Of a stretch of DNA of 64,000 bases, positions 1 through 8,786 are shown one piece after another. Position 1 is the stretch's first letter. Every line of letters begins with the position of its first letter. Where the stretch lies: positions 3,278 through 67,277 of the forward strand of contig JABDAL010000002.1 in NCBI GenBank assembly GCA_013289165.1. Direction: 5' to 3'. The notes below the pieces were generated by a model. That model did not search any database and had not been told where the DNA came from. It saw only the letters and a program-made list of their open reading frames with translations. Origin of the DNA: Bacteroidota bacterium (GTDB taxonomy: Bacteria; Bacteroidota; Bacteroidia; JABEUT01). The position numbers and the translations under genes were made by a program.

Positions 1-369
1 AATGAAGGGGCAAAAGACTTTCAACTCGAAAAGATGAAAGACGAGAAACCCCTCTATACCCATGTATTGGAAACAGCCTCCAAGTGGGGAAAGAAAGAGA
101 ATACCATGTTTGTAATAGGCGCTACCAAGGAAGAAGAATTTAAACGTGTCCGCGAAATACTGCCCGAACATTTTCTGCTTGTGCCCGGTGTAGGCTCGCA
201 GGGTGGTGATATGGAAGAGGTGATTAAATTAGGGGCAACGAAAAATGGCAGGCTATTGATTAATGCATCAAGGAGCATATTATATGCCGGCAATGAACAG
301 GACTTTGCCGCCAAAGCAAGGGAGGAAGCATTCAGGCTAAAGCTACAAATGGAAAGTGGGTTCCATTGA
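1..369 (+). CDS. pyrF: Orotidine 5'-phosphate decarboxylase, C-terminal part (gene begins upstream of the window)
   Basis: The 111-aa translation contains the LVPGVGSQGG motif typical of type-2 OMP decarboxylase C-termini. The ORF is open to the window edge. Confidence 0.7.
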   Translation, partial: NEGAKDFQLEKMKDEKPLYTHVLETASKWGKKENTMFVIGATKEEEFKRVREILPEHFLLVPGVGSQGGDMEEVIKLGATKNGRLLINASRSILYAGNEQDFAAKAREEAFRLKLQMESGFH

Positions 370-449
370 CAGTATACTGTTCTTCTTAAAAATCCCGATT
401 TAATCTCCCTTTAATCTTATCCAGTTCCTATTTTGATAAGTTTGCATCC

Positions 450-2081
450 GTGAAAAGGTTATCACGTAAACATCTTTACTTTTTTTCCATTCTCTCCGGG
501 TTCTTATTATGGGCAGGATGGCCCCCAAATGGCTTTCCTTTCCTGCTGTTGGTCGCATTCTGCCCTTTGCTTGTTGTAGAGCATTATCTCTATACCCATC
601 GCATTTCTCAAATAAGTTATGGAAGCTTCTGGACCTATTCCTTTCTTTCCATGCTTATATGGAACGCTTTAACCACCTGGTGGGTATGCAATTCCACCAT
701 TGTGGGTGGATTAATTGCCATTATCTGCAATTCGTTTTTCATGGCGGCAATATTGGTGCTGTTTCACTCTGTAAAAAAGCGCATGGGGGCAAAGATTGGT
801 TATGCCTCCCTTCCTGTTTTCTGGCTTGCTTTTGAATATATTCATCTTAACTGGCAATTAAGCTGGCCCTGGCTTACCTTGGGCTTTGGTTTCTCCAATT
901 ATGTATGTTTTTTGCAATGGTATAAATTTACGGGCCCGCTGGGTGGTTCTTTATGGATATGGCTCTGCAACATTGCCGTATTTGTTTTCATCTGTAAAAA
1001 ATGGTTAAGTACTATATCATTATCTATTAATCGTATTGGTATTCCCTTGGCGTTGATTATTCTGCCAAGCTGGGCATCCTTTCTCATATACTGGTCACAT
1101 CCTTTACCCGACAAGCAAAAGGGAGTCAACGTGGTGGTGGTGCAACCCAATATTGACCCTTACAACGAAAAATTTTCCGGCAATTATGCAGAACAACTAA
1201 CTAAAATGTTTGCGTTGGCAGACACGAAAGTTGACAGCACTACTTCCTACCTTATCTTCCCTGAAACAGCTCTCACTGATTCAGAAATATGGGAAAATAA
1301 ATTCAGTGACAATGCAAGTATCCGCCAGGTGTGGGGATATCTGCACAAACATCCCAACTTAAAACTTATTACGGGAGCCGAAACCTACAAGGCATACCTG
1401 GATGGGGAAAAGCCAAGTGAAAGCGCTCGCAAATTTGATAGCGAAGACGGTTATTATGATGCCTTTAACACAGCCATGCAGATGGATTCTTCAAAAAGAA
1501 TAGAAGTTTATCATAAAAGCAAACTCGTCCCCGGTGTAGAGTTTATGCCATTTTCCAAATTATTAGCCCCATTGGGCAAATTGGCATTCGACTTGGGCGG
1601 AACCTCAGGAACACTGGGAACACAGAAAGAACCCTCCGTTTTTTATTCTTCCTTCTCCAAAACTACTATTGCTCCTGCTGTTTGTTATGAATCTATTTAT
1701 GGGGAATATATAGGACAATATATTAAGAAAGGTGCCCAACTGCTGGTAGTTATTACCAATGATGGCTGGTGGAAAGATACACCCGGCTATAAACAACACC
1801 TGTGTTATGGAGCCATGCTTGCTGCTGAATCGGGAAAAGACCTGGTACAATGCGCCAATACTGGTATTTCGGCAATAATAGATGAAAGGGGAGCAATTTT
1901 ACAAAAAACCAAGTGGTGGGAACCTGCGGTTATTTCCGCCTCACTTCATCCCAATAACACCCGTACATTTTATTCTCTGCATGGAGATTATTTAGGCTTC
2001 TATGCCATTATTTTCAGTGTCTTGATAATACTTTTTGTAAGTATCAAAAAAGCTACCGGCTTTTTTATTTCAAAAGGGTAA
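450..2081 (+). CDS. lnt: Apolipoprotein N-acyltransferase
   Basis: GTG start. A polytopic N-terminal membrane domain is followed by a carbon-nitrogen hydrolase domain ([26 protein letters not shown]). The length of 543 aa is typical of Lnt. Confidence 0.85.
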   Translation: MKRLSRKHLYFFSILSGFLLWAGWPPNGFPFLLLVAFCPLLVVEHYLYTHRISQISYGSFWTYSFLSMLIWNALTTWWVCNSTIVGGLIAIICNSFFMAAILVLFHSVKKRMGAKIGYASLPVFWLAFEYIHLNWQLSWPWLTLGFGFSNYVCFLQWYKFTGPLGGSLWIWLCNIAVFVFICKKWLSTISLSINRIGIPLALIILPSWASFLIYWSHPLPDKQKGVNVVVVQPNIDPYNEKFSGNYAEQLTKMFALADTKVDSTTSYLIFPETALTDSEIWENKFSDNASIRQVWGYLHKHPNLKLITGAETYKAYLDGEKPSESARKFDSEDGYYDAFNTAMQMDSSKRIEVYHKSKLVPGVEFMPFSKLLAPLGKLAFDLGGTSGTLGTQKEPSVFYSSFSKTTIAPAVCYESIYGEYIGQYIKKGAQLLVVITNDGWWKDTPGYKQHLCYGAMLAAESGKDLVQCANTGISAIIDERGAILQKTKWWEPAVISASLHPNNTRTFYSLHGDYLGFYAIIFSVLIILFVSIKKATGFFISKG

Positions 2082-3681
2082 CCGTGCCCGTATAGTGGTG
2101 TATTGTCCCTGCAGGATCAGTTACATTTACCTGGTATATATACAGCCCCTGCTGGCAAACTTGCGAACCATTGCTTATTGCACCATTCCAGCCCTTTGTA
2201 ATATCATTGGTATAATATACTTGCCCCCCCCAACGGTCAAAAATGAACATTTCAAAGTTGGCAAACTCAGTACCTTTTGGAATAAAAACAGTATTAAGTC
2301 CACCTCCGTTCGGGCTAAAGGCATTCGGAATATAGAATGTGTACTGCTCACCTATTCTAATACATTGAGTAGCCGTATCGGCGCAACCATGGGTATCTGA
2401 AACAATAAGGCTTACACAATAAATCCCCGTATCCGAATAGGTATGCGTAGGATTGGAAAGTGAACTGCTAGTATCTGTTTTATCATTAAAATTCCATTCC
2501 CAGTCAATAATTGGATATTTTCCGCTTGATGTGCTGTTAAAAGAAACTGTTGGATAAATAATGTTTACCGGGCTGGGTGTATACGAAAAACTGGCCGTAG
2601 GTAGAGGATATACGGTTATCATATTAGAAGTCTGACGAGTTGATGAACACCCCCCCGAACTTACTACCGACAAGCTTACACTGTATTGTCCCGGCTCCTT
2701 ATAGCAATGATCGGGGTATTGTCCCGTGCCTGTTCCCCCATCGCCAAACGACCAGTCCCACTCAACAATTGGGGCAGCCGGAGTAGTATTGGCTGCAAAA
2801 AACTGGGTACATAGCGGGGCACACGCCGCACTTAGGTTAGATGCGAAAACAACCACCGGCACAGGGGTTACTATTACGCTCACAGTATTCATAGCCGTTC
2901 CACATCCCGTTGTATAGTCTACCGTATAAACAGTTGTCGCCTGAGGAGATACTGATACATATGCTGTAGGCATATTACCCGGTTGCCAAACATAGGTACC
3001 TCCACTGGGTGTTCCTGTTGCCGTTAAATTTACCGTAATTCCCGTACAAATTACTTTCGTTGTGCTCGCGGCAACCGTAGGCAAAGGAGTAACATCCACC
3101 GTAAATGTGGTTGAATTAGTACAATTATTACTGTCTGTACCAACAACTGTGTAAACAGTGGTACTTCCGGGATTTGCCGTTGTTGTAGAACAGGTCGGAC
3201 AGCTTAAACCCACGTTAGGTGACCACACATAAGTTTTAGCCCCCGAAGCAGTAAGGGTAGTGGAATTTCCGGCACAAATATGGTTATTGCCTGTTACTAT
3301 AACCGTTGGTTTAGAGACTGTAATATAATTGGGTTCCGTCATCGTATTTGAACCGGATGAATTAGTGGCAGTAAGTGTAACCGCATAGGTGCCCGGTTTG
3401 TTATAAATAACGGTAGGGTTTTGCTTGGTAGAAGTACTAGGTGTCCCTCCGGCAAAAGTCCAGCTCCAGGAGGTAGGGCTATTCGATGATAAATCGGTGA
3501 AATGTACACTATCGCCGGCACAGATAATTGTACTGCTGGCAGAAAAATTGGCAACAGGGGCAACACCGCCCTTTATGTTATGCTTCTGCAATGGATTGAA
3601 AGAAACCCCACCGGCAGATAAGCAAAAGCAGGTAAGCGCGGCACTAAGAATGATACATGATATAGTACTCCTCTTCTTCAC
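2065..3681 (-). CDS. Secreted PKD-repeat protein with a T9SS type-B (gliding-motility-associated) C-terminal domain
   Basis: Signal peptide, then repeated Ig/PKD-like modules (VxFTDxS...WxF). The C-terminus ([17 protein letters not shown]...[13 protein letters not shown]...GWNG) matches the CHU_C/type-B T9SS sorting domain pattern. Confidence 0.7.
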   Translation of the reverse strand: MKKRSTISCIILSAALTCFCLSAGGVSFNPLQKHNIKGGVAPVANFSASSTIICAGDSVHFTDLSSNSPTSWSWTFAGGTPSTSTKQNPTVIYNKPGTYAVTLTATNSSGSNTMTEPNYITVSKPTVIVTGNNHICAGNSTTLTASGAKTYVWSPNVGLSCPTCSTTTANPGSTTVYTVVGTDSNNCTNSTTFTVDVTPLPTVAASTTKVICTGITVNLTATGTPSGGTYVWQPGNMPTAYVSVSPQATTVYTVDYTTGCGTAMNTVSVIVTPVPVVVFASNLSAACAPLCTQFFAANTTPAAPIVEWDWSFGDGGTGTGQYPDHCYKEPGQYSVSLSVVSSGGCSSTRQTSNMITVYPLPTASFSYTPSPVNIIYPTVSFNSTSSGKYPIIDWEWNFNDKTDTSSSLSNPTHTYSDTGIYCVSLIVSDTHGCADTATQCIRIGEQYTFYIPNAFSPNGGGLNTVFIPKGTEFANFEMFIFDRWGGQVYYTNDITKGWNGAISNGSQVCQQGLYIYQVNVTDPAGTIHHYTGTVTLLK

Positions 3682-3814
3682 TGCAATACGTAAAATGAAT
3701 GCACAAATATAAGCAAAAAAAGGCTATTTTGGCTAGAAAACATTTCAACTACAGACTGTTTAAAATATTTATGCCGCCTACCCACATTTATCTTATTACA
3801 ATAGACACCTCTTC

Positions 3815-4084
3815 CTAAGCATTTTTATTTTCAATTTTGACTTGATTCATATTCTTTTCAGATTGTGCTGACTTATCTTCCTCTCTATTTATTATTTTTA
3901 TACCTGTCCACCATGCCACAACGGCTGATATTATAAAACACCACAACCAAGCGCGTTTGATCAATTTCTCATGTTTTGGACACTTCTTAAATAGGTGTCT
4001 TTTTATCTGATTTTCAAATATGGGCATTAACGTAGCTATTGATGCTGTTGTTAACGCTATTTCTTTTACATGTAGATCAATCAT
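3815..4084 (-). CDS. Small hypothetical membrane protein in the AT-rich region
   Basis: 89-aa ORF with one hydrophobic helix. There is only ORF evidence, and the surrounding GC content is very low. Confidence 0.25.
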   Translation of the reverse strand: MIDLHVKEIALTTASIATLMPIFENQIKRHLFKKCPKHEKLIKRAWLWCFIISAVVAWWTGIKIINREEDKSAQSEKNMNQVKIENKNA

Positions 4085-4201
4085 TTTTTATATTTTTACT
4101 TTAAACTTTTAGATATAAGATGGATTATCTATTCCTAATCGTGAAAACTCCTATGTAAAATTAAAAAATAATGTTCATTTTTGTATTTAACAATAAATTA
4201 T

Positions 4202-4224
4202 GGTAATTATACTAATCTTTGACG
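4202..4224. repeat. Left copy of a 23-bp perfect inverted repeat (ggtaattatactaatctttgacg). Its partner is at 8755-8777.
   Basis: The reverse complement of 4202-4224 is identical to 8755-8777 over 23 of 23 nt. The AT-rich similarity continues a few bases outward from both copies. Confidence 0.8.
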
Positions 4225-4297
4225 TATCAAAGAAATTAAAGATATTTAAAACGCATCGTAGTTATTATTAGTATATTTAACCTAAAGAATAATTAAT

Positions 4298-4486
4298 ATG
4301 AAGACAATCAAAACCGTTGAAGAATTTCAATTGTGTATCGACGAAGTAAATAAGACAAAGAAAGAAATGAATGTGAAAATTGAAATGACTGATTTTGAAA
4401 CTGAAAAAGTAAGAAAAAAGTTAAAGATGGATGGAGTAGATGTTGTAGTGAAGTCAGAATATGATGTTATAAAACCTTTAGAATAA
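4298..4486 (+). CDS. Hypothetical 62-aa protein
   Basis: A short, charged, K/E-rich ORF followed by a rho-independent terminator. Nothing else supports it. Confidence 0.3.
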   Translation: MKTIKTVEEFQLCIDEVNKTKKEMNVKIEMTDFETEKVRKKLKMDGVDVVVKSEYDVIKPLE

Positions 4487-4600
4487 TGTCAGTTGTACAA
4501 AACAGGAGAATTGCCTCTATTTAAATCAAATGGTGGTTCTATCACCTTGAATATTTCATTTTAAGTATGTAGCTCTGTTTTGCTAAGCCAACTGACTTTT

Positions 4601-4630
4601 ACCCGTAGTTTTCGCTACGGGTTTTTTATT
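4601..4630 (+). terminator. Rho-independent terminator
   Basis: Stem acccgtag/ctacgggt (8 bp) with a 6-nt loop, followed by a ttttttatttg run. Confidence 0.5.
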
Positions 4631-4699
4631 TGCTTACTTGGCGCAAATATACGCTTTATCCCGTCTTTATTGCTTAAAAGTTACGTTTTACCCTATTTG

Positions 4700-5806
4700 T
4701 AAATCCTAGAGTTAAAAAGTCGTTTTAATAGGTAAAAATAGCCCTTTTTGAGGGCTAATGAAAATTATTTTTCATTGATTATCAAAGATTTATAAGCGCT
4801 GTATTGAAAAATTAGCTATTTTTATAAGCGTGTCAGAGTTACTATATAGAAACCAAACATGGAAAACAAGTATAATTTTAAAGGTTTCATTTCGTTTTTG
4901 AAAATTTTTAAAGATGAACAAACATGCCGAGAATTTTTAGAGCACTTAAGATGGGGAGGAAAACCAGTATGTGTGAATTGTGGAAACAGCGAAAAGATAT
5001 ATAGATTGAAAAGTGAAAGAACACTCAAATGTTCTAAATGTGATAGAAATTTTAGAGTAACTAATGGCACTGTATTTCATTCAACTCACATTTCACTTCA
5101 AAATTGGTTTATTGCAATATATCTATTTTCTTCAAATAAAAATGGTCTATCATCTTGCCAATTAGCAAAACACTTGGAGATAACTCAGCCTAATGCCTGG
5201 TATGTACTTGATAGAATAAGAAATGTAATGGATAAAAGTAAACAATTTGATGAAATACTGGAAGGTATTATCGAAGCCGATGAATCGTATATTGGAGGCA
5301 AGAATAAAAATAGACACTGGGATAAAAAATTCAAATATAGTCAAGGTCGTTCTGTTGTAGACAAGAAACCAGTATTCGGAATATTACAAAGAAATGGAAT
5401 GGTGAAGGTGTGGACACTGGATAAATTGGATGGTGTAGAAATGAAAACAATTATAAGGACAAATGTTGTAAAGAAATCTATTGTTTGTACAGATGAATAT
5501 AGAGTATATAGAGGATTAAAGAATAAGAAAAGATTTAAGCATTATGTAATAGATCATAGCAAAAGTCAGCATAAAATAGATGAATTTTATCATACGAATA
5601 ATATTGAAAATTTCTGGAACTTCATAAAAAGAGCAGTGACCGGCACTTATCATAAGGTGGATAAAATATATCTGAATAAATACGCCAAAGAAGCAGCTTA
5701 TAGATACAATACAAGAAAGATGAGCGATGGAATAAGATTTATTGAATTACTTAAAGAATGTGTGCAAACAAAATTGAAATAGTAAATTTACGACTTTCCG
5801 TTATAG
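4700..5806 (+). mobile_element. IS1595-family insertion sequence (boundaries approximate)
   Basis: A single transposase ORF of IS1595 type. The candidate ends share only an aaagtcgt core (about 4716 and 5790-5797). Terminal inverted repeats could not be defined confidently. Confidence 0.35.
4859..5782 (+). CDS. IS1595-family transposase (N-terminal zinc ribbon plus ISXO2-like DDE domain)
   Basis: The N-terminal CxxC...CxxC zinc ribbon (CVNCGNSEKIY...CSKCDRNF) and a 307-aa length are typical of IS1595-family transposases. The protein is basic and K-rich. Confidence 0.8.
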   Translation: MENKYNFKGFISFLKIFKDEQTCREFLEHLRWGGKPVCVNCGNSEKIYRLKSERTLKCSKCDRNFRVTNGTVFHSTHISLQNWFIAIYLFSSNKNGLSSCQLAKHLEITQPNAWYVLDRIRNVMDKSKQFDEILEGIIEADESYIGGKNKNRHWDKKFKYSQGRSVVDKKPVFGILQRNGMVKVWTLDKLDGVEMKTIIRTNVVKKSIVCTDEYRVYRGLKNKKRFKHYVIDHSKSQHKIDEFYHTNNIENFWNFIKRAVTGTYHKVDKIYLNKYAKEAAYRYNTRKMSDGIRFIELLKECVQTKLK

Positions 5807-5879
5807 ACCTCTTGAAGGGAATCGAACCCTTAACCTACTGCTGCGAAACAGTTGCTCTATCAGTTTGAGCTACAAGAGG
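5807..5879 (-). tRNA. tRNA gene (73 nt, CCA not encoded). The anticodon arm is non-canonical. The anticodon may be TCG (Arg), but this is unresolved.
   Basis: On the minus strand it folds into a cloverleaf. The acceptor stem is CCTCTTG/CAAGAGG, the D-arm is GCTC-AAACTGATA-GAGC, and the T-arm is AAGGG-TTCGATT-CCCTT. The anticodon arm ACTGTTTCGCAGCAGT folds only as 5 bp plus a 6-nt loop, or 4 bp plus an 8-nt loop. Confidence 0.75.
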
Positions 5880-6197
5880 AGTGGAATAAAAACCACTCCT
5901 CTTTATAACAGGTTCTATCAAAAAGTTTTTCTCTAAACATCAATCTAATAATTCTTAGTAGGGATTAAGAAAATTAATTACCTTTGTGATTGATAGCGTA
6001 TAGTTATCGCCTTGTAGTTGGAAAACTGAGAATCTTCACAATACGACAAGGATATTACAGTCTACAGCGTGGGCTTGTTCTATCTTTTCGTATAGGTTCT
6101 TCTCAGTACCTCCAACAGAAGACGGGACTATTAGTCCCACGCTGCTGAGAGAAATATAACACTCATTCGGGGCTTGTGGGTACAAAACAATTGTACC

Positions 6198-6857
6198 ATG
6201 AGTAGGTATTTTAAAAAAGGGAAATTTGACTCAATCACAAGAGAAGAAGGTGTTTTTGTGTTGTTTAATGATGAAAACAAGCAAGTCTATTGTATTGGAA
6301 TTATCAAGAATGAATTTAATAAGCGCAAATTACGAGGGAAAATTTCTGGGAAAAGCAAAAATGATAAATGGTCTGATGGATATTGGAAAGCTTTAAAAGT
6401 AAAAAATATAAAAGATGTAGAAAAGGCATTAAATTCAATATTGAAGAGAATACGAAATGGAACAAATGAAAAACTAACTATTCTTTTGTTTTTTCTATTA
6501 TTTGCAAATTTGGTTGTCGGTCAAATAAACGATAAAGTTGTTAAAACAAATTTTTTTGGTGTAGTATCAAATAATGGAAATGTTGAACAAACTTCAGTTG
6601 AAGAAGTAAATATCTTCCATTTGATTTATGCTAATGAAAAATTAAAGATAGTCAAATGTTATTTTTATGATGGTTCAACAACGTCATACGATGACATGAC
6701 ATATGAAAAAACCGATAATAATGGTTCTGTGTGGTATGGTTGTACTGATGAGGATACCAAAGTAAATAGGTTATTTATCATTATGCATAATGGTAATGTT
6801 TTAATGATATTCACTGGTTCTGAGTATTACGTGTTTTCTAAAATAATTACAAAGTAG
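6198..6857 (+). CDS. Hypothetical protein with an N-terminal GIY-YIG-like nuclease motif, a central hydrophobic segment and a C-terminal domain
   Basis: GVFVLFNDENKQVYCIG fits the GIY-(10-11 aa)-YIG spacing, with downstream R/K residues. The hydrophobic LTILLFFLLFANLVVGQ resembles a transmembrane helix or signal peptide. The track ORF starts at 6174, but the ATG at 6198 (MSRYF) is the more likely start. Confidence 0.35.
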   Translation: MSRYFKKGKFDSITREEGVFVLFNDENKQVYCIGIIKNEFNKRKLRGKISGKSKNDKWSDGYWKALKVKNIKDVEKALNSILKRIRNGTNEKLTILLFFLLFANLVVGQINDKVVKTNFFGVVSNNGNVEQTSVEEVNIFHLIYANEKLKIVKCYFYDGSTTSYDDMTYEKTDNNGSVWYGCTDEDTKVNRLFIIMHNGNVLMIFTGSEYYVFSKIITK

Positions 6858-6894
6858 AATAATTGGAGTTATTGCATATATTATATACAATAAC

Positions 6895-7548
6895 ATGTTT
6901 ATACTTATATTTGTACTATTATTAATATTGATAATGGACACCACAGGACTTATAAATTTCTTTAAGGAAAAGTATCGATCTTATATTGCCGGATTAATAC
7001 TTCTAATAGCTATTATTGGTTCTATATATGAGATTTTCTTTAAACCTAAGGAAACTACAATGTTTAGTATTACAAGTAATCAGTCTACAATAGATACCCC
7101 TCATAAAGCAGTTGCATTAGGAAACGATAATGTTACTGTTACTGGAAATGGCAATCATATTGTTGGAGGTAGCGGGAATACAGTAGGAGTTAATGGAGAT
7201 GTAAATACTGTTCCACATATTAATGACACAATAAAAAGGAAAATTTTAAGTGTGCTTGTCAAAATTCAAGAAACTGATAATTTAAAATTACCTACTATAT
7301 TCTTGAAAAATGAACCCGGTTGTGATGAAGGATATTTAAAAGAAGTTGACTCATTTCTCCATAAAGGATATACTGTTCAAGAGCATTTTAATGATGGTAG
7401 CAATTATAATTTACCTTTGAATTCGATAGATATCGAGTCACATAAAGAGAGTAATATCATTGTTGTATTAATATCCAGGACTAATCCAGATTTTAAAACA
7501 AACCCTGTCCATTATTATATGAGTCAACATGAAGTTACTATAAAGTAA
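6895..7548 (+). CDS. Hypothetical membrane protein (2 N-terminal TM helices) with a GN-rich repeat region
   Basis: Two hydrophobic helices at the N-terminus, then GNDNVTVTGNGNHIVGGSGNTVGVNGDVNTV repeats. Codon usage is very AT-rich and no known motif was recognised. Confidence 0.4.
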   Translation: MFILIFVLLLILIMDTTGLINFFKEKYRSYIAGLILLIAIIGSIYEIFFKPKETTMFSITSNQSTIDTPHKAVALGNDNVTVTGNGNHIVGGSGNTVGVNGDVNTVPHINDTIKRKILSVLVKIQETDNLKLPTIFLKNEPGCDEGYLKEVDSFLHKGYTVQEHFNDGSNYNLPLNSIDIESHKESNIIVVLISRTNPDFKTNPVHYYMSQHEVTIK

Positions 7549-7641
7549 AAAATTTCAGAATTAGAAATAATAGTGGTTGTTTGTCTTTCGAAGTAAATAA
7601 TTGATATCAGAAGTTATTGTATGTAAAAACCTGCATACAAT

Positions 7642-7935
7642 ATGAGAAAATTAATACGATTTATTTTGCGTACATTTGGGGTAAAATATACAAAAATGAG
7701 CAAGATAAAAGATTCCGGCGATTTCACTACTGTTACCATAGATAAATCAACCTATAAAATAGAGTCCATAGAGGCAGTTAGACCAAAAGATTTGACTGGT
7801 AAAGGAGAGCATTATGGGATTGAAATACTATTTCATAGCGGTAAAGATGAGATAGGTTATCTCAAACCAGAAGAAAGAGATGAAGATCTTAGAAAATTAG
7901 GCAACCTGATGAAAGGTAAATTAAACGTTAATTAG
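7642..7935 (+). CDS. Hypothetical 97-aa protein
   Basis: ORF only. A 7-bp inverted repeat (ttgtatg...catacaa) sits immediately upstream of the ATG. Confidence 0.3.
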   Translation: MRKLIRFILRTFGVKYTKMSKIKDSGDFTTVTIDKSTYKIESIEAVRPKDLTGKGEHYGIEILFHSGKDEIGYLKPEERDEDLRKLGNLMKGKLNVN

Positions 7936-8154
7936 CTTGATTAGTAAAAGACGTTAATACCTTTTATATAAGTAGAAATGTAAATAATAAAAAGGTGGTT
8001 AACAGTAAACCTAGAAAGCCTACAAAACCAATACCATATTCCGGTACTCCTCTGATACCAATTCAATAAGGTTGAAGTTATTCCATGTAATTTGTAATTA
8101 ATACATGCAAAATGAATTGGCAAAAACTTTTTACTTTCAATTTAAGAAAGAAAG

Positions 8155-8529
8155 TTAAAGGCTCTGGAACAGAGCAGGATTTGAGGCTTCAAATACATTT
8201 AAAGCGTCTATCTCCCGAAATAAAGATAATCCTTCCTGAGCAACATTTAAACTCAAAGGCACTTTCACACCAGCTATCTTCATATTTGTACGATTCATTT
8301 GTTGATCATGGTTTAAAATGCTTAGAAACTGTTCCTGCCATCGTTGATAAATATAACAAAGAGCACGATACTCATTTTGTTCTTCATGTAAATATTGTTG
8401 AATTGTGACACTTTCTAATGCTGTATCAGAAACAGTAAGCAAAATGGTCAATAGTTCTTTTGATAAAAGTGTTTTAGTTTTCTTATCAAAATAAGAAACT
8501 ACTTTTTGAGCAACGTCGTAGTTAGTCAT
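8155..8529 (-). CDS. Hypothetical 124-aa protein
   Basis: ORF only. It overlaps the opposite-strand ORF 8112-8408, and which of the two is real is uncertain. Confidence 0.25.
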   Translation of the reverse strand: MTNYDVAQKVVSYFDKKTKTLLSKELLTILLTVSDTALESVTIQQYLHEEQNEYRALCYIYQRWQEQFLSILNHDQQMNRTNMKIAGVKVPLSLNVAQEGLSLFREIDALNVFEASNPALFQSL

Positions 8530-8754
8530 AGTAGTGTATTAGGAATATAAAGATAGTAAGAATTTTAAATAGGCAAATTAAGCCTCTAGCCCAATACTGG
8601 TCGGATAAATCAAATGCTAAAAACAATTTTAAAGCTAAATATGAAAATAGTAGATTCATAACACTTAGAACTTAGCTAATAAACTTTAGGCGATTTAATA
8701 ATAGAGAAAACAACTAATATGAAATTAGCTGATAATTAGGCATTAAAATTTTAA

Positions 8755-8777
8755 CGTCAAAGATTAGTATAATTACC
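8755..8777. repeat. Right copy of the 23-bp perfect inverted repeat (cgtcaaagattagtataattacc)
   Basis: Exact reverse complement of 4202-4224. It ends 9 bp before the ATG at 8787. Confidence 0.8.
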
Positions 8778-8786
8778 TAAATTATT

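Noticed and set aside
509-1850. ORFs 509-835(+), 899-1150(-) and 1605-1850(-) nested inside lnt
   Set aside because: They lie entirely within the well-supported lnt gene in other frames or on the opposite strand, and have biased low-complexity translations. They are most likely spurious.
4700-5806. Terminal inverted repeats of the first IS1595-type element
   Set aside because: Only an 8-bp aaagtcgt core is shared between the candidate ends (about 4716 and 5790-5797). This is too weak to define the boundaries. A direct repeat tttataagcg at 4790 and 4833 was also seen but could not be interpreted.
8112-8408. 98-aa plus-strand ORF overlapping ORF 8155-8529(-)
   Set aside because: The two overlap almost completely, and at most one is real. 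Neither has motifs. I listed the longer minus-strand ORF at low confidence only.
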